From the IMG/VR virus record IMGVR_UViG_3300029305_011823: 64,000 bases of DNA; one strand, 5' to 3'. This DNA comes from a virus. Lineage: Duplodnaviria; Caudoviricetes. Below, one piece after another: positions 29,729 to 40,433 of this stretch. Positions within the stretch are counted from its first letter, which is position 1. Each line of letters begins with the position of its first letter. Under the pieces are notes generated by a model. The model saw only the letters and a list, made by a program, of their open reading frames with translations, searched no databases and was not told the DNA's origin. Position numbers and translations under genes: made by a program.

Positions 29729-31162
29729 CTAATTATTTTCTACCCATAATAATCTATATACTCTATTACCTTCAACATCTTTCGATTTTAACGAAATATA
29801 AGGTGCATGTGTTAATGTTGAACCTCCAAAAAGATTATCTTTATCATACGATGTTTTGAATTTTCTGGACGTAGCTGTTAACGTATTAAATTCTTCTAAT
29901 ATAGTAGGGTCCATTGAAGACTTAAATGAATACATATATTTTATATTAATTTCTGGTTTAGCTAACAATGTCCCAGAATCCCAAGAGAAAACATTTTCTC
30001 CAGTATTTACTGGGAACACACCAGTTAATTTTTGCCAATATAAAATAGTATTCCCGTCTGGACCGCAAAGTATATAATAGCAAGAACAAGCATAATCCAG
30101 AATCTTACTTTTTATATAATCACGTTTAGGACTGAATACTCCTCTTGAAACTTTATTAATATAATCAACCCATGCTAAATGTAATTTAAATACATCTAAA
30201 TTTACTGTATCTATATATCTAACGGACATTTCTCCAGCAACGTTAGATTCTATATCTGAACGCCCATAAATTATTTTATGTCCATTATAAGTTTCTCCAT
30301 GTTCATGTGTTTTTAATACTATATCTCCAACTTCAAATGATAACGCTTCATTTGATAAGAACGTCATAAATTTATGATAAGGATTACCACCATTAACTAA
30401 TGATTTCAAACTCCAAGGATTATTATTATACAAATAATGATATTTTGGATCATATGATGTTTGATTAGTTAAATTGAACGAACTAGTTAATATATTTAAA
30501 TCTGGTCTAGTAAAAAATACATAAGCAAACGTTTTATTTAATTCCTTATCAGGATAAGCAACTTTATTCCTATTAAATGAGTTATATAGCTTCTTTTGTA
30601 AATCCGATACATAGCCTTTACTTATATTATCTTTCGTATAATCACTATAAATATCGTCTTTATTTTTATATCCTATATCCATGTTATATTTTATCTTAGC
30701 AATCTCTTTTGCTATAAATTCATTGTCGTAAGTTTCATAATCAACTTTTTTGAACGTGTGTGAGCCTTTATAACTTGGTTGATACCATGTTGAATTTCCA
30801 CTAATACCTTTGTCATTAAAGTTTTTTGTTCCACCGTAATCTATAGTTATTGGGTCTATAGTTATATCACTTGGTTGGGGCTCTGGTGTAGGTGTAGGTG
30901 TAGGTTCTGGAGCAGGTTTAGGTGCTGGTTTATCTTCTAAATCATAAATCATATTAAGATAAGTATATCCATTCTCTCCAGCACATGACCAATATCCAGT
31001 ATCTTCCCATTTATACCATGTAAGCCCATTTGCAGTTTTTGAATCAATAACTATACCTGTATTTCCAGTATATTTATAACCAACTATTCTATATGATAAA
31101 CCGGGTCCAGTACGAACTCTCAATCTGGTTTTTAATTTATTGACTGCAACATGCCATCTCAT
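29729..31162 (-). CDS. Virion tail/baseplate protein with N-terminal SH3b domain
   Basis: LRVRTGPGLSY...WYK...W (SH3b), Pro-rich linker, YVFFTRPDLN and LTGVFP tail-tube-like segment. Confidence 0.65.
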   Translation of the reverse strand: MRWHVAVNKLKTRLRVRTGPGLSYRIVGYKYTGNTGIVIDSKTANGLTWYKWEDTGYWSCAGENGYTYLNMIYDLEDKPAPKPAPEPTPTPTPEPQPSDITIDPITIDYGGTKNFNDKGISGNSTWYQPSYKGSHTFKKVDYETYDNEFIAKEIAKIKYNMDIGYKNKDDIYSDYTKDNISKGYVSDLQKKLYNSFNRNKVAYPDKELNKTFAYVFFTRPDLNILTSSFNLTNQTSYDPKYHYLYNNNPWSLKSLVNGGNPYHKFMTFLSNEALSFEVGDIVLKTHEHGETYNGHKIIYGRSDIESNVAGEMSVRYIDTVNLDVFKLHLAWVDYINKVSRGVFSPKRDYIKSKILDYACSCYYILCGPDGNTILYWQKLTGVFPVNTGENVFSWDSGTLLAKPEINIKYMYSFKSSMDPTILEEFNTLTATSRKFKTSYDKDNLFGGSTLTHAPYISLKSKDVEGNRVYRLLWVENN

Positions 31163-31201
31163 GTTTACATTCTCCTTTCTTCTAGTAGTTTCAATAAGTC
31201 T

Positions 31202-31249
31202 TACTTAGTTGTTTTCTCCCTAACTATCCAAGGGTAAAACAATTATGTA
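31202..31249. promoter_or_regulatory. Divergent late promoters (31202-31213 minus; 31238-31249 plus)
   Basis: AACA-ACTAAG-TA and AACA-ATTATG-TA. Confidence 0.75.
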
Positions 31250-31290
31250 AATTGAAATATTGAATATACGAAAAAAGGAGTTGTTAATAA

Positions 31291-32859
31291 ATGGGTAGTT
31301 TAAAAGAATTAGGCGAATTCCTAAGAGATGCTAAGGGTATTGTAAAAGATATGAAATGTAAAGCTGACGATATAAAAGGACTTTCTATAGCTAAACAAAG
31401 TTCGGCTTCAACTTTACAATTCCCAGTTATAATGTCTAGATCAATAAATGTTGATACTGCTTCAAGTGTTGTTAAAGCTCTTGAAAGACAATATGCAATA
31501 TTTGTTCAAATGACAATACAACTAAACCCAGTTATAAAATGGGATGAAGAGGATATACCTGGATTCATAAGTAAGATACATCAAAATAACCCAACACCTA
31601 TAGATTTAATAGAAAGTTGCATAAACGTTTATAGTGATGAAGCTTTAGGGTTAAGAATGATAATGTCTTTAAATGAAGGATGTAATGGTCAAGTTCTTCG
31701 TTCTAATAAAGATCAGCTATTAGTTATAGAAGATTGCTTAAATCAAACTAAACTAAATGATTTATATAAACCACAACAAGTAACTTTAGAACAAGCAAAC
31801 GCTTCATTAGATTACTTTATGCTAACAGAAGCTAAAAATAGACCTAAAAAAGGTGGTAGAAAATCTTATAAAGGTATGGATGGATTTGCCCAAGCATATA
31901 ATGATATAAAAAATGGTGAAAATCCAGAACCTGATAATTCAGGAGCCCATGTTAACATGGGAACAGGTGCAGGTGGAGTTAAAGAAGAAGCAAGAAATAA
32001 AAATAATAAAACAGAAACTAAAGGTACTACTGCAGGAGGTCAACCACCTAAAGGAGATAAAGTAGCAGGCTTCAATGGTAATGGTAAACAAAAAGAAATG
32101 GCTAATGCTGAAAAAGATAAAAATGAAAGAGATATAGACAGAGCTAAATTAAGAAATGACATAGACAAAGCTAATGCTGAATATAGAGCTAGAGCTATAG
32201 TTAAATTAGCTGATAATGATGTTAAAAAATGTAATGAATTAGTACCTACAACTTTATCAGTAACTCTTCAACAAATAAAAGGTGATAATATAGGAGGTAA
32301 TATTACTTTCGTATTAGGAATAAAAGGTATAATGCACCCTGTTAACTCTGATGAAATGGTTAGTAACTTACTTGATGGTTACAAAGATGGTAACAAATTC
32401 TTTAATTTCTTAAGATGGACTTCTGGAGAAATAAGTTTCTTAAAAGACTTAGTATTCAACATAGATGGAATAAAAGAAGACGTTATCAAAAAACATAGTA
32501 AAGGATCTCATTGGTGGACTACACTTAAAAAGAATAAAACACTTGCCAGAATTAAAAACTTACATGGAAATAACAGAATACTTCCAAATGCTACTATAGT
32601 ATGTTCTATGGAAGAAGTTATGGAAATAAAAGATACATATAATGTAGATTTAATGGATCCAAGACATATGAAGAGAATAATGGATAGATACTTCTTATTA
32701 GGTTTTGTTATAGTTGACGAATCACAAGAATTATGTTATTTCATATTCGATGGAGAAAGAGATTATCAAGTTTTATCTTTCAAAGGATTAGAAAGAGATA
32801 ATAATAATAAAAATGATTTTAAAGACATATACAAAATGATAAATAGTGGAAGATTATAG
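31291..32859 (+). CDS. Putative virion structural protein
   Basis: 522-aa ORF behind a late promoter; LIES/LTEA motifs. Confidence 0.6.
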   Translation: MGSLKELGEFLRDAKGIVKDMKCKADDIKGLSIAKQSSASTLQFPVIMSRSINVDTASSVVKALERQYAIFVQMTIQLNPVIKWDEEDIPGFISKIHQNNPTPIDLIESCINVYSDEALGLRMIMSLNEGCNGQVLRSNKDQLLVIEDCLNQTKLNDLYKPQQVTLEQANASLDYFMLTEAKNRPKKGGRKSYKGMDGFAQAYNDIKNGENPEPDNSGAHVNMGTGAGGVKEEARNKNNKTETKGTTAGGQPPKGDKVAGFNGNGKQKEMANAEKDKNERDIDRAKLRNDIDKANAEYRARAIVKLADNDVKKCNELVPTTLSVTLQQIKGDNIGGNITFVLGIKGIMHPVNSDEMVSNLLDGYKDGNKFFNFLRWTSGEISFLKDLVFNIDGIKEDVIKKHSKGSHWWTTLKKNKTLARIKNLHGNNRILPNATIVCSMEEVMEIKDTYNVDLMDPRHMKRIMDRYFLLGFVIVDESQELCYFIFDGERDYQVLSFKGLERDNNNKNDFKDIYKMINSGRL

Positions 32860-32875
32860 GAAAGGAGGAATTATT

Positions 32876-33862
32876 ATGTTAAAAAGAAATTATTGTATAG
32901 ATATATTAATAGAGAATGCTACTACATTCGCTGAAAAGAATAAAATTTATTCTCTTACTGAAGCAGAGCAAGCGGTTGTTAATGATAGAATGGTTGGTAA
33001 TATATACCAATCTGCTTTAAAAAGAAGAGACATAGATTTTGGTGATATACCTAACAGTAAAGGGGATATAACAAAATTCGGTGGATATGATAATATGGTA
33101 GCTACTGTAGATATGTTAAAAGCACTAACTAAAAAATTTGGAATAAAAATGCATGAACTTAATATAGTTGAAGATGCTATAGATAATATAAGAATACAAA
33201 AAAGAATATTCGAAAAAGGTTATCAATTAAATATAGATTTCATACAAATGTATTATCAAGCATTAGTATTAGCTTGTGTTGATGCTACAACTTTATTATT
33301 AGCTTCATATGTAGAATTTACAAAAACTGTAAATAACATAGACTTCCAAATTAAAAGAGGAAAAGGTATATCAGGAAACATTTGTATAGATAGCTTACAA
33401 AAATTTAATATGTCTGTTAAAGATGGATCGTTTGCTAAATTTGCAGATGGTTTAATGAGTAAAAAACAAGAAAACTTCTTAGGTGCAGCTACTGCTGCAG
33501 CTGCTGGTACTAAAGCAGTTGTTGCTATGGGAATAGGAGCTGCCATAGTGCCTGTATTAAGAGGTCTAATATTTTATTTCTATGATGCTAAAATGTCACT
33601 TAGTGAAAAATTAGCTTACCAAAAAGAGTTATTAGAAATGAACGCGTTTAGATTAAATGCTGCTGAAATGGATGCTCAAAAACGAAACAAAATATTGGAT
33701 AGACAAAAAGGGTATATGGATAAATTAGAAAGAATGTCAGATAAAATAAGAATATCAGATAAACTAGCAACTAAATCGTCAACTGCTAGTATCAAACAAG
33801 ATAATAAACAGTGGAATATAGGTAATGTGACTAACAACGGCGACGATTTTATGTTCATTTAA
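32876..33862 (+). CDS. Putative virion (head/ejection) protein
   Basis: Start MLKRNY after AGGAGG; Ala-rich hydrophobic segment. Confidence 0.6.
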   Translation: MLKRNYCIDILIENATTFAEKNKIYSLTEAEQAVVNDRMVGNIYQSALKRRDIDFGDIPNSKGDITKFGGYDNMVATVDMLKALTKKFGIKMHELNIVEDAIDNIRIQKRIFEKGYQLNIDFIQMYYQALVLACVDATTLLLASYVEFTKTVNNIDFQIKRGKGISGNICIDSLQKFNMSVKDGSFAKFADGLMSKKQENFLGAATAAAAGTKAVVAMGIGAAIVPVLRGLIFYFYDAKMSLSEKLAYQKELLEMNAFRLNAAEMDAQKRNKILDRQKGYMDKLERMSDKIRISDKLATKSSTASIKQDNKQWNIGNVTNNGDDFMFI

Positions 33863-33877
33863 GATTTATAAAAACAG

Positions 33878-33889
33878 AACAATAATTTA
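33878..33889 (+). promoter_or_regulatory. Late promoter
   Basis: AACA-ATAATT-TA. Confidence 0.75.
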
Positions 33890-33929
33890 ATAATAAAATA
33901 ATACTTATAATTTAAGGAGGAAACTTAAA

Positions 33930-34979
33930 ATGGCTAAAAATATATATGATTTATTCAATGAAAGAAAAAACGGAATAGATTACTTAGTAGAAGGATTAGA
34001 TCCTTCAGAATATGCTAATCTTGAAGCATATGAAGATTTAGATGCAGCTGCTGAAGCTTTAGAAACTATAACTACTGAATCTACAAACGAATTAATGGAA
34101 TTCCAAGCTGCTGCTTATTTAGAAGATTTAGTATTAGAAAACATGATGTATACTGACTTCGATGAAGAAAAAATACAAGCTACAATGGAAGCTGCTAAAG
34201 AAGAAAAGAAAGAAGGATTAGGACAAAAAATCAAAAACTTATGGGCAAAAATAAAAGAATGGTTTGCTAGAGCTATAAGAACTATAACTACTCATTTCCA
34301 ATCTGGAGAAACTTTAGTTGCTAAATATAGAAAACAAATACCAAAAGCTATGCAACAATCAAAAGCTAAAATAAGCTATAGACCATTTGGAAATCCAGAT
34401 GCTGCTATAAACCAAGTTAACGCTATGGTAGGAAGATTAAAAGTTGTTGGAAAATCTAAAGAACAAATATTAGGATTAGTTGGATTATCTGACAAAGGTG
34501 GAGCTAAAGAAAAAGTTGAAAACTTAATATATGTTAAAAAAGAAAAAGTTGAAAATGCTATAAGCGGAATGAAACCAGAAGTAGTTATGGACTGGGCTGG
34601 AAACAAAAAAATATATGTTGACGCTCTTAAAAAATCTCAAAAAGATTTAGATGGAGAATTCAAACAAATGTTAGCTGATATAAATAAAGGAGACGGAAAA
34701 AATAAAGCTGAAGATGCTTCTAACTTCCAATTTGGTATAGGTGTAGCTAACAGTTTATTATCTCATATGATAGTTTGTGTTAAAGCTGTTTCTAATGTAT
34801 GTACAGCTATAATAAGAAAAGCTTTAAGTGGAAAATATGATGCTGATAAAGAACCAGAAAAAGATGTAAAAGTAGCTGCAGATCCTAAAAAAGGTAAAGG
34901 ATTATTAGCTGCTGAATCTACTGAATTTGAATTCATAGAAGAATCAGAAGAAAATAATGATAATGATATAGAATGGTAA
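33930..34979 (+). CDS. Putative internal head protein with acidic propeptide
   Basis: Acidic N-terminal ~85 aa with xxE motifs, then a basic IKNLWAKIKEWF helix, as in jumbo-phage inner head paralogues. Confidence 0.65.
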   Translation: MAKNIYDLFNERKNGIDYLVEGLDPSEYANLEAYEDLDAAAEALETITTESTNELMEFQAAAYLEDLVLENMMYTDFDEEKIQATMEAAKEEKKEGLGQKIKNLWAKIKEWFARAIRTITTHFQSGETLVAKYRKQIPKAMQQSKAKISYRPFGNPDAAINQVNAMVGRLKVVGKSKEQILGLVGLSDKGGAKEKVENLIYVKKEKVENAISGMKPEVVMDWAGNKKIYVDALKKSQKDLDGEFKQMLADINKGDGKNKAEDASNFQFGIGVANSLLSHMIVCVKAVSNVCTAIIRKALSGKYDADKEPEKDVKVAADPKKGKGLLAAESTEFEFIEESEENNDNDIEW

Positions 34980-34987
34980 GATAGATT

Positions 34988-35024
34988 ATAAATAGATATA
35001 GGGATTTTCCCTATATCTATTTAT
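34988..35024 (+). terminator. Terminator hairpin (AGATATAGG family)
   Basis: ATAAATAGATATAGGGA-ttt-TCCCTATATCTATTTAT followed by a T tract. Confidence 0.85.
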
Positions 35025-35036
35025 TTTATCAATTTA

Positions 35037-35048
35037 AACAATCCCATA
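35037..35048 (+). promoter_or_regulatory. Late promoter
   Basis: AACA-ATCCCA-TA. Confidence 0.75.
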
Positions 35049-35068
35049 ATGAATAACGATTAAGGAGG

Positions 35069-36220
35069 TTGGATATGAAATCGGAATTACTTTATTACAT
35101 TAATAAATATAAAGACCTTATTATAAATGAATCATATGACTTTATAATAGATGAAATGGTTTCAGATTTGAAGGAAACTTTATTAGATATATCAGATGAC
35201 ATAGAAACTAATTATCAAATAATTGAAACATTCTATAATATAAATAATAATGGTAATGTTATAGACGAATTAGTTAATTTAGAATCATTATTAATGGAAG
35301 GTGGTTTATCCATACCTAATATAAAAGTTTCTTTTAAGAATAAACATGATAAATTAATAGAAAGAGATAAAAAATGGTTAGCTAAAAATAAGAATAAAAT
35401 ATTAGGATTAAATTATGAAGAAATAGAATTAGAAGTGCTAAGTGATTATAAGGTAACATTTGAGCAATTGCTTAATAGACATAATATTTTTGATAAAGTA
35501 TTTACCAACTCTGATGACAACAGTAACCTAGGAGAAAAACTTCGTAGATTTGAAGATAAACATAACGACTTGAAGAATGGCTTAGATAATTATTTTAGAA
35601 CAGGAACATCTAGAAGAGAAATAGGATTAAGAAAAGTAAGAGGAGAAGAAGCTAAATTTGCTGTAGAACAAATGATAATGTTCTGTGAAAGTTTCTTATC
35701 AGGAAGACAATTTTTGGAAGAAAAAATGAATGCTATTATAGTTTCTATAAGTGATACTTCAGTAAAAGAATCAATGACTCCTATAGAAACATTAAAGGTG
35801 TTATTAGAAGATAATGCAGTTAAAGATATATTAAATGCTGCTAAAGAATTAGGTTCCGTTTCAAAGAATAAAAAATCTAAGGAGGAAGAAGTTCCAGAAG
35901 AAGAACCTGAAAGCGTAGATGTTACTTCTGATGAAAAAGAAGAAAAACCTGTTAAAAAAGAAAAACCTGAGAATGTAGATGTCACTTCAGATGAGAAAAA
36001 AGAACCTGAAAGCGTAGATGTTACTTCTGATGAAGAAGCTCCAGAAGAAGAACTTGACGATGAAGTAGAAGATGAAGAAACTCCTGAAGAGGAACCAGTT
36101 GAAGATCAAGGTCCTCAACGAGGAATTGAAGATAGACAAATAGGAGTAGCAGTACTTTTATCTATAGCTGAAGAAAGATATTTTGATTACATAGAAATAC
36201 TTTATGGATTAATGGAATAA
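35069..36220 (+). CDS. Putative head protein with three PE(S/N)VDVTSDE repeats
   Basis: INES/LMEG/VKES motifs; acidic repeats at about 35905-36035. Confidence 0.65.
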   Translation: MDMKSELLYYINKYKDLIINESYDFIIDEMVSDLKETLLDISDDIETNYQIIETFYNINNNGNVIDELVNLESLLMEGGLSIPNIKVSFKNKHDKLIERDKKWLAKNKNKILGLNYEEIELEVLSDYKVTFEQLLNRHNIFDKVFTNSDDNSNLGEKLRRFEDKHNDLKNGLDNYFRTGTSRREIGLRKVRGEEAKFAVEQMIMFCESFLSGRQFLEEKMNAIIVSISDTSVKESMTPIETLKVLLEDNAVKDILNAAKELGSVSKNKKSKEEEVPEEEPESVDVTSDEKEEKPVKKEKPENVDVTSDEKKEPESVDVTSDEEAPEEELDDEVEDEETPEEEPVEDQGPQRGIEDRQIGVAVLLSIAEERYFDYIEILYGLME

Positions 36221-36256
36221 AATAGATATAGGATTTAATAATCCTATATCTATTTT
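36219..36256. terminator. Bidirectional terminator (AGATATAGG family)
   Basis: AAAATAGATATAGGATT/AATCCTATATCTATTTT between convergent genes. Confidence 0.85.
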
Positions 36257-37494
36257 TGTTTTTTCAATATAACTTGAACTTCTCCAACTAATTCTTCTGC
36301 ATCCTTAGTTAGTATCGTTATCGTTTTAGATATTCTATAATTACCACCGTATTGTTTTTGTAGCTTAGAGTCTTCAAATGTTACTAAGACTTCTTTATTA
36401 GGTGATACAACTTCAGTATCAACTCCTATTAGAGTAATCCCACATATGCACTCATTCTCTTCCATTCTAACTTTTAGTTCAGATGCTGCAAAAGCATTAC
36501 CATCCTTTATAGTTAATAAATGATCATTATTTTTTATAACTGAAGTCGTTTGACCTCCAACACTTTGTGTAGAACCTGCTTTAGAATCTATAATTCTAAC
36601 TTTATTACCATTTATTTGGTTACTGGTTATATTTGTATTTCTAACTTCAAGTCTATCAGTATTAGCGAATACATGTGTTTGCTTTCTATCTTTATTTATG
36701 AAATATCCATTTAATTGACTATCATTCGATTGTTTATTTGCCACATGCACATGTGTTATTTTTATCTCATTTTTTCTCCATGCTGTACACTTGTAGTTTC
36801 TATCTATAAGATATGTAGTATCTATATCAAAAAATAAAGTCATACCTTTTTTATATAACGATTTTAAATTATTCAAATAGTTTATCGCATCTATAACATT
36901 TCCTGATGGAACTGTTACATCCTTAAGTGTTGGATTGTTTTCTAATTTAGTCATTAATAATTTATTTATACCAGTTTCACCCATTAAGTATATAAGCAAA
37001 TCTGATAATAATGCTGATTCTACTGAAAGATTAAAGAACTTTTTACATTTAGTAACTTCATCTGTAAATAAATAGAAATCTCTTGTATTGTTACCTAATG
37101 TAACCGATTCATTACCTTCTGTAGATTTTTTACTCTCAACGTTTTCATTATCTTCTATAACGTTTTCTTTATCTTTAAAACATCTAAATATTTCATTAAA
37201 ATATAACTCATATTTTAAGAATTTAAAATCTTGATCATATATGTTTTTTATAATCCTTGCTCTGAATTGTACAGTTTCATTTTCTTGTTTTATTCTATGA
37301 TATAGTTCATCACGCATCATTATAGATATATTGACTATTGGAAAATATAACTCATCAAAGTCTTTTTCTATATAAAGATGAGTAACCATATCGCCATTAA
37401 GTTTTTCTATATCACCATTTTCAAACATAACGTCAAAGTTATCAACCCTATATTTTATAAGGTTCTTATTCTCACGCATCTCTTGAGTTATCAT
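36250..37494 (-). CDS. Putative baseplate hub-like structural protein
   Basis: Beta-rich 414-aa ORF with a C-terminal GNYRISK motif; TACA-N6-TA promoter at 37510-37521. Confidence 0.5.
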   Translation of the reverse strand: MITQEMRENKNLIKYRVDNFDVMFENGDIEKLNGDMVTHLYIEKDFDELYFPIVNISIMMRDELYHRIKQENETVQFRARIIKNIYDQDFKFLKYELYFNEIFRCFKDKENVIEDNENVESKKSTEGNESVTLGNNTRDFYLFTDEVTKCKKFFNLSVESALLSDLLIYLMGETGINKLLMTKLENNPTLKDVTVPSGNVIDAINYLNNLKSLYKKGMTLFFDIDTTYLIDRNYKCTAWRKNEIKITHVHVANKQSNDSQLNGYFINKDRKQTHVFANTDRLEVRNTNITSNQINGNKVRIIDSKAGSTQSVGGQTTSVIKNNDHLLTIKDGNAFAASELKVRMEENECICGITLIGVDTEVVSPNKEVLVTFEDSKLQKQYGGNYRISKTITILTKDAEELVGEVQVILKKQK

Positions 37495-37556
37495 TATATC
37501 AACCTCCTATATATGATTGTATTTTGACAAAAAAATAATAGGAGACGAATCTCCTA

Positions 37557-37952
37557 TTATTCAGATAATATATATCTAACTTCTATCTTCGTATGTGCGT
37601 TTAATTCACCTAATACATCATCTATTAAATCACTATTTACAAATATTCCTGAATTCTCTCCTAATGATACAACTACTGTATGAATATCTGTATTTTTAAT
37701 AGATTCTAAATATCCAACTATTCCACTAAGATCTTCTGTATTCTTTGGAAATATTGCTATAGGATTTCCTTCTCCAAATAATATGATTTTATCAAAATCG
37801 TGTAATAATGGAACATTGTTGAATATAATATGATCTACAAAATTATTGATATAATGACTATCTGTTATCTTTGCTTGAACTCTTTCTAATTTCCAACTAT
37901 AACAACTAGCTTCACCTTTCTTATAACTTTTCCAATTTAACATTTCACACAT
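37557..37952 (-). CDS. Hypothetical early protein
   Basis: Own early promoter (37989-38006) and terminator (37534-37561). Confidence 0.7.
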   Translation of the reverse strand: MCEMLNWKSYKKGEASCYSWKLERVQAKITDSHYINNFVDHIIFNNVPLLHDFDKIILFGEGNPIAIFPKNTEDLSGIVGYLESIKNTDIHTVVVSLGENSGIFVNSDLIDDVLGELNAHTKIEVRYILSE

Positions 37953-37988
37953 ATATAATTACCTCCAATTATTTTATTTATTCAATGT

Positions 37989-38006
37989 TATAATATAGCA
38001 TTGAAA
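37989..38006 (-). promoter_or_regulatory. Early-type promoter
   Basis: TTTCAATGCTATATTATA. Confidence 0.75.
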
Positions 38007-38021
38007 TTTTACATTTTACGT

Positions 38022-38357
38022 TTATCTAAACGTATGATCTTTTTTTAGTTCTGCTTCCAAGGCGTCTAGTTTTAGTTGTATAGCATCATGTTGACTTAAC
38101 AACTTCAGATACTCACCATAAATAGTTTCTGTATTTTGTAATAATATTATTAATGCAGCTTTAGTTATAAATATATATTCATCGTCACCTTCAACTAAAG
38201 TTTTAAATGTAAATAGATGTTTATACCATTCCATATTAACTGGTATTACTCTTTTTATATCATCTACTTTATACCAATCCACTCCTGCTTCATCTACAAA
38301 GTTTTCCACGTTAAATTTTTCCACAAATACTTGTAAAATATTATTAAAAGATTTCAT
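38022..38357 (-). CDS. BRO-N-like protein
   Basis: VDEAGVDWYKVDDI...FITKAALIILL pattern and C-terminal coiled coil. Confidence 0.5.
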   Translation of the reverse strand: MKSFNNILQVFVEKFNVENFVDEAGVDWYKVDDIKRVIPVNMEWYKHLFTFKTLVEGDDEYIFITKAALIILLQNTETIYGEYLKLLSQHDAIQLKLDALEAELKKDHTFR

Positions 38358-38363
38358 AATTTA

Positions 38364-39440
38364 TTACCTCCAATTTATTTTTAAATTTCTTTTCTTTATT
38401 CCTGTATTTATTTCAATTATGTTTAATGGATATTCATTGAAATAATCTTCATTAATTATTTTTAAATACCCTCCATCATGTTTGTCAATAATTTGATTTA
38501 AAATATATTTTTCTTCCACATCTGATAATTTCTTATACTGTTCAAATATACTAGTTGTCATATAGTTAATCAGAAAATCATTTTGATATTCTTCGTTTAC
38601 TAAACAAGCCAAACTATTTATATTATCTATATCATTTGTTATTATATTTGATTCTAATCCATTATGAATTTTACTATATATTCTAGAAATACCCAATCCT
38701 TTTATTTTATCTATGTTTCTATATTTATCTCCTAACATTGAAATTATAAATGGTAGAAAATTGATATCTGGATTAGGAATATTGTTACATTTACATTTTG
38801 CTTTTAATATATCCATAACATTTCCTATATCTATTAGTTGTGAATTATCTAATCTAGGTTTAAGGATTATAAAATATTCTTTGATATACTGGTAATCGTA
38901 CCTGTCGTCAGTTATTATGAAATTCTTATTTATCTCAGTTCTGAAATATTTACTTATTACTAGAGGAACTACACTTGGTTCAATTATTCCACTCGTTATA
39001 AAGTTAACTCCTTCAATATAGTTTAAAATAGTTTTTATCATTTTAATACTATCTTCATAAGTTTTTGCTATCGATGTTGTTTCCTCTGTATTCATTATAA
39101 CTGCTTTTGTTCTATAATCTTTATTATATTCTCTATTAAGATAATTAACATCTATGGATTCAGGACCATAGACAAATATTCTACTACATACAGATTTCTT
39201 GTGAAAATAATATCTGTAATGAGAAATTAGATTAAATACACAAGAAGTTAAAACTATATTTCTTTTCTTAGGATTTATTATATTTTCTTTATCTGCTATA
39301 GTTGAAGATAATTTTTTTAATATAGATTCTAAGTTAATATAGATATAAACTTCTTCACCTTTTGTAAATGTAAAATCTTGTAATAATTCATCTAATTTAG
39401 AATATTTTATTTTAAACATATTAAAATGGAGTTCGGTCAC
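38364..39440 (-). CDS. FEN/RNase H-like 5'-3' nuclease
   Basis: IITDDRYDYQ and helix-3-turn-helix LGDKYRNIDKIKGLG; GTG start after GAGGTG. Confidence 0.7.
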   Translation of the reverse strand: MTELHFNMFKIKYSKLDELLQDFTFTKGEEVYIYINLESILKKLSSTIADKENIINPKKRNIVLTSCVFNLISHYRYYFHKKSVCSRIFVYGPESIDVNYLNREYNKDYRTKAVIMNTEETTSIAKTYEDSIKMIKTILNYIEGVNFITSGIIEPSVVPLVISKYFRTEINKNFIITDDRYDYQYIKEYFIILKPRLDNSQLIDIGNVMDILKAKCKCNNIPNPDINFLPFIISMLGDKYRNIDKIKGLGISRIYSKIHNGLESNIITNDIDNINSLACLVNEEYQNDFLINYMTTSIFEQYKKLSDVEEKYILNQIIDKHDGGYLKIINEDYFNEYPLNIIEINTGIKKRNLKINWR

Positions 39441-39487
39441 ATTAAACACCTCTTTTCGGAATATCCTGAATTTTCTAAACAAATGAA

Positions 39488-39715
39488 TCAATCCCTCTCT
39501 CCATATAACACTGGATAAATTTTATACACTCCTTTCTTTATTCTTTTTATATTATAACCATCTTCATTTAATCTTTTTTCTATAAGTTTTATTAATTTAT
39601 TATGGCTTATAAAATATACATCTTCATTATTAAAAATATAATTCAAATATATTATTATAGATAATATTTTTATAAAGATATTTGATATATACCTCCTACC
39701 ACCATCCGTATCCAA
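39488..39715 (-). CDS. Hypothetical protein
   Basis: 75-aa ORF in an operon; start uncertain. Confidence 0.45.
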   Translation of the reverse strand: MDTDGGRRYISNIFIKILSIIIYLNYIFNNEDVYFISHNKLIKLIEKRLNEDGYNIKRIKKGVYKIYPVLYGERD

Positions 39716-39733
39716 AAGTTACCAACTCCTTCT

Positions 39734-40108
39734 TTAATCATACATTGGAACATCCACGATTGTATAACCATCTTCATCTGTATAAATACATTCTATAGAT
39801 TCTTCACAATCTTCAAATGATTTTATTTCTGTATCAGTTCTTCTCATATTTTTAACTAATACTTCTTTTATTTTATCAATACTTCCATATCCTCTGTCTA
39901 ATAACGTATCAACTAACTTATCACATTCTTCATCTGATAAAGATATTCCTTTTCCTATAAAATCATTTGATTTATTAACCATTCTGATGTCCATTGTTAT
40001 AGGATTGTCTCCCCATATCATTCTGATAACTTCTTTCGTATATCCATTAGTTTCTTTTAAAGTTGCTACTCTTTCTATAACTTCACTTTTAAATTCTTTT
40101 TTAGACAT
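39734..40108 (-). CDS. PC4/YdbC-like ssDNA-binding protein
   Basis: GYTKEV...W...DIR....GKGISLSDEE, the YdbC signature. Confidence 0.75.
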   Translation of the reverse strand: MSKKEFKSEVIERVATLKETNGYTKEVIRMIWGDNPITMDIRMVNKSNDFIGKGISLSDEECDKLVDTLLDRGYGSIDKIKEVLVKNMRRTDTEIKSFEDCEESIECIYTDEDGYTIVDVPMYD

Positions 40109-40311
40109 TATATTTCACCTCTTTCTTTTAATTCTCTAAAAATTCTTTCATCGTCAAGTTTATCTATTAATATAACCATTTCTATAAACTCTTCGTTATC
40201 CATATTGTTATATAACCAATTATTTATATTTATAGGACATCTAGCCTTTAATTCGTCCATATCGTTAGCTCCAAATAATCCCATTAATAAATTTATTTTT
40301 TCTTCATTCAT
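40108..40311 (-). CDS. Hypothetical protein
   Basis: 67-aa ORF with RBS; late promoter at 40338-40349. Confidence 0.7.
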   Translation of the reverse strand: MNEEKINLLMGLFGANDMDELKARCPININNWLYNNMDNEEFIEMVILIDKLDDERIFRELKERGEI

Positions 40312-40360
40312 TATAAAATTACTCCTTTCAATTATACTAATTATTTGTTAATTTAATGAT

Positions 40361-40433
40361 AAAAATATATATGGATAACCTCAAGGTTATCCATATATAA
40401 AAATATATTATAGGAGATGATTATTATGTATTT
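40361..40433 (-). ncRNA. Candidate small RNA (about 70 nt) with an anti-RBS 5' seed
   Basis: Perfect late promoter at 40433-40444, no ORF, terminator hairpin 40366-40399 with T tract. Confidence 0.5.
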
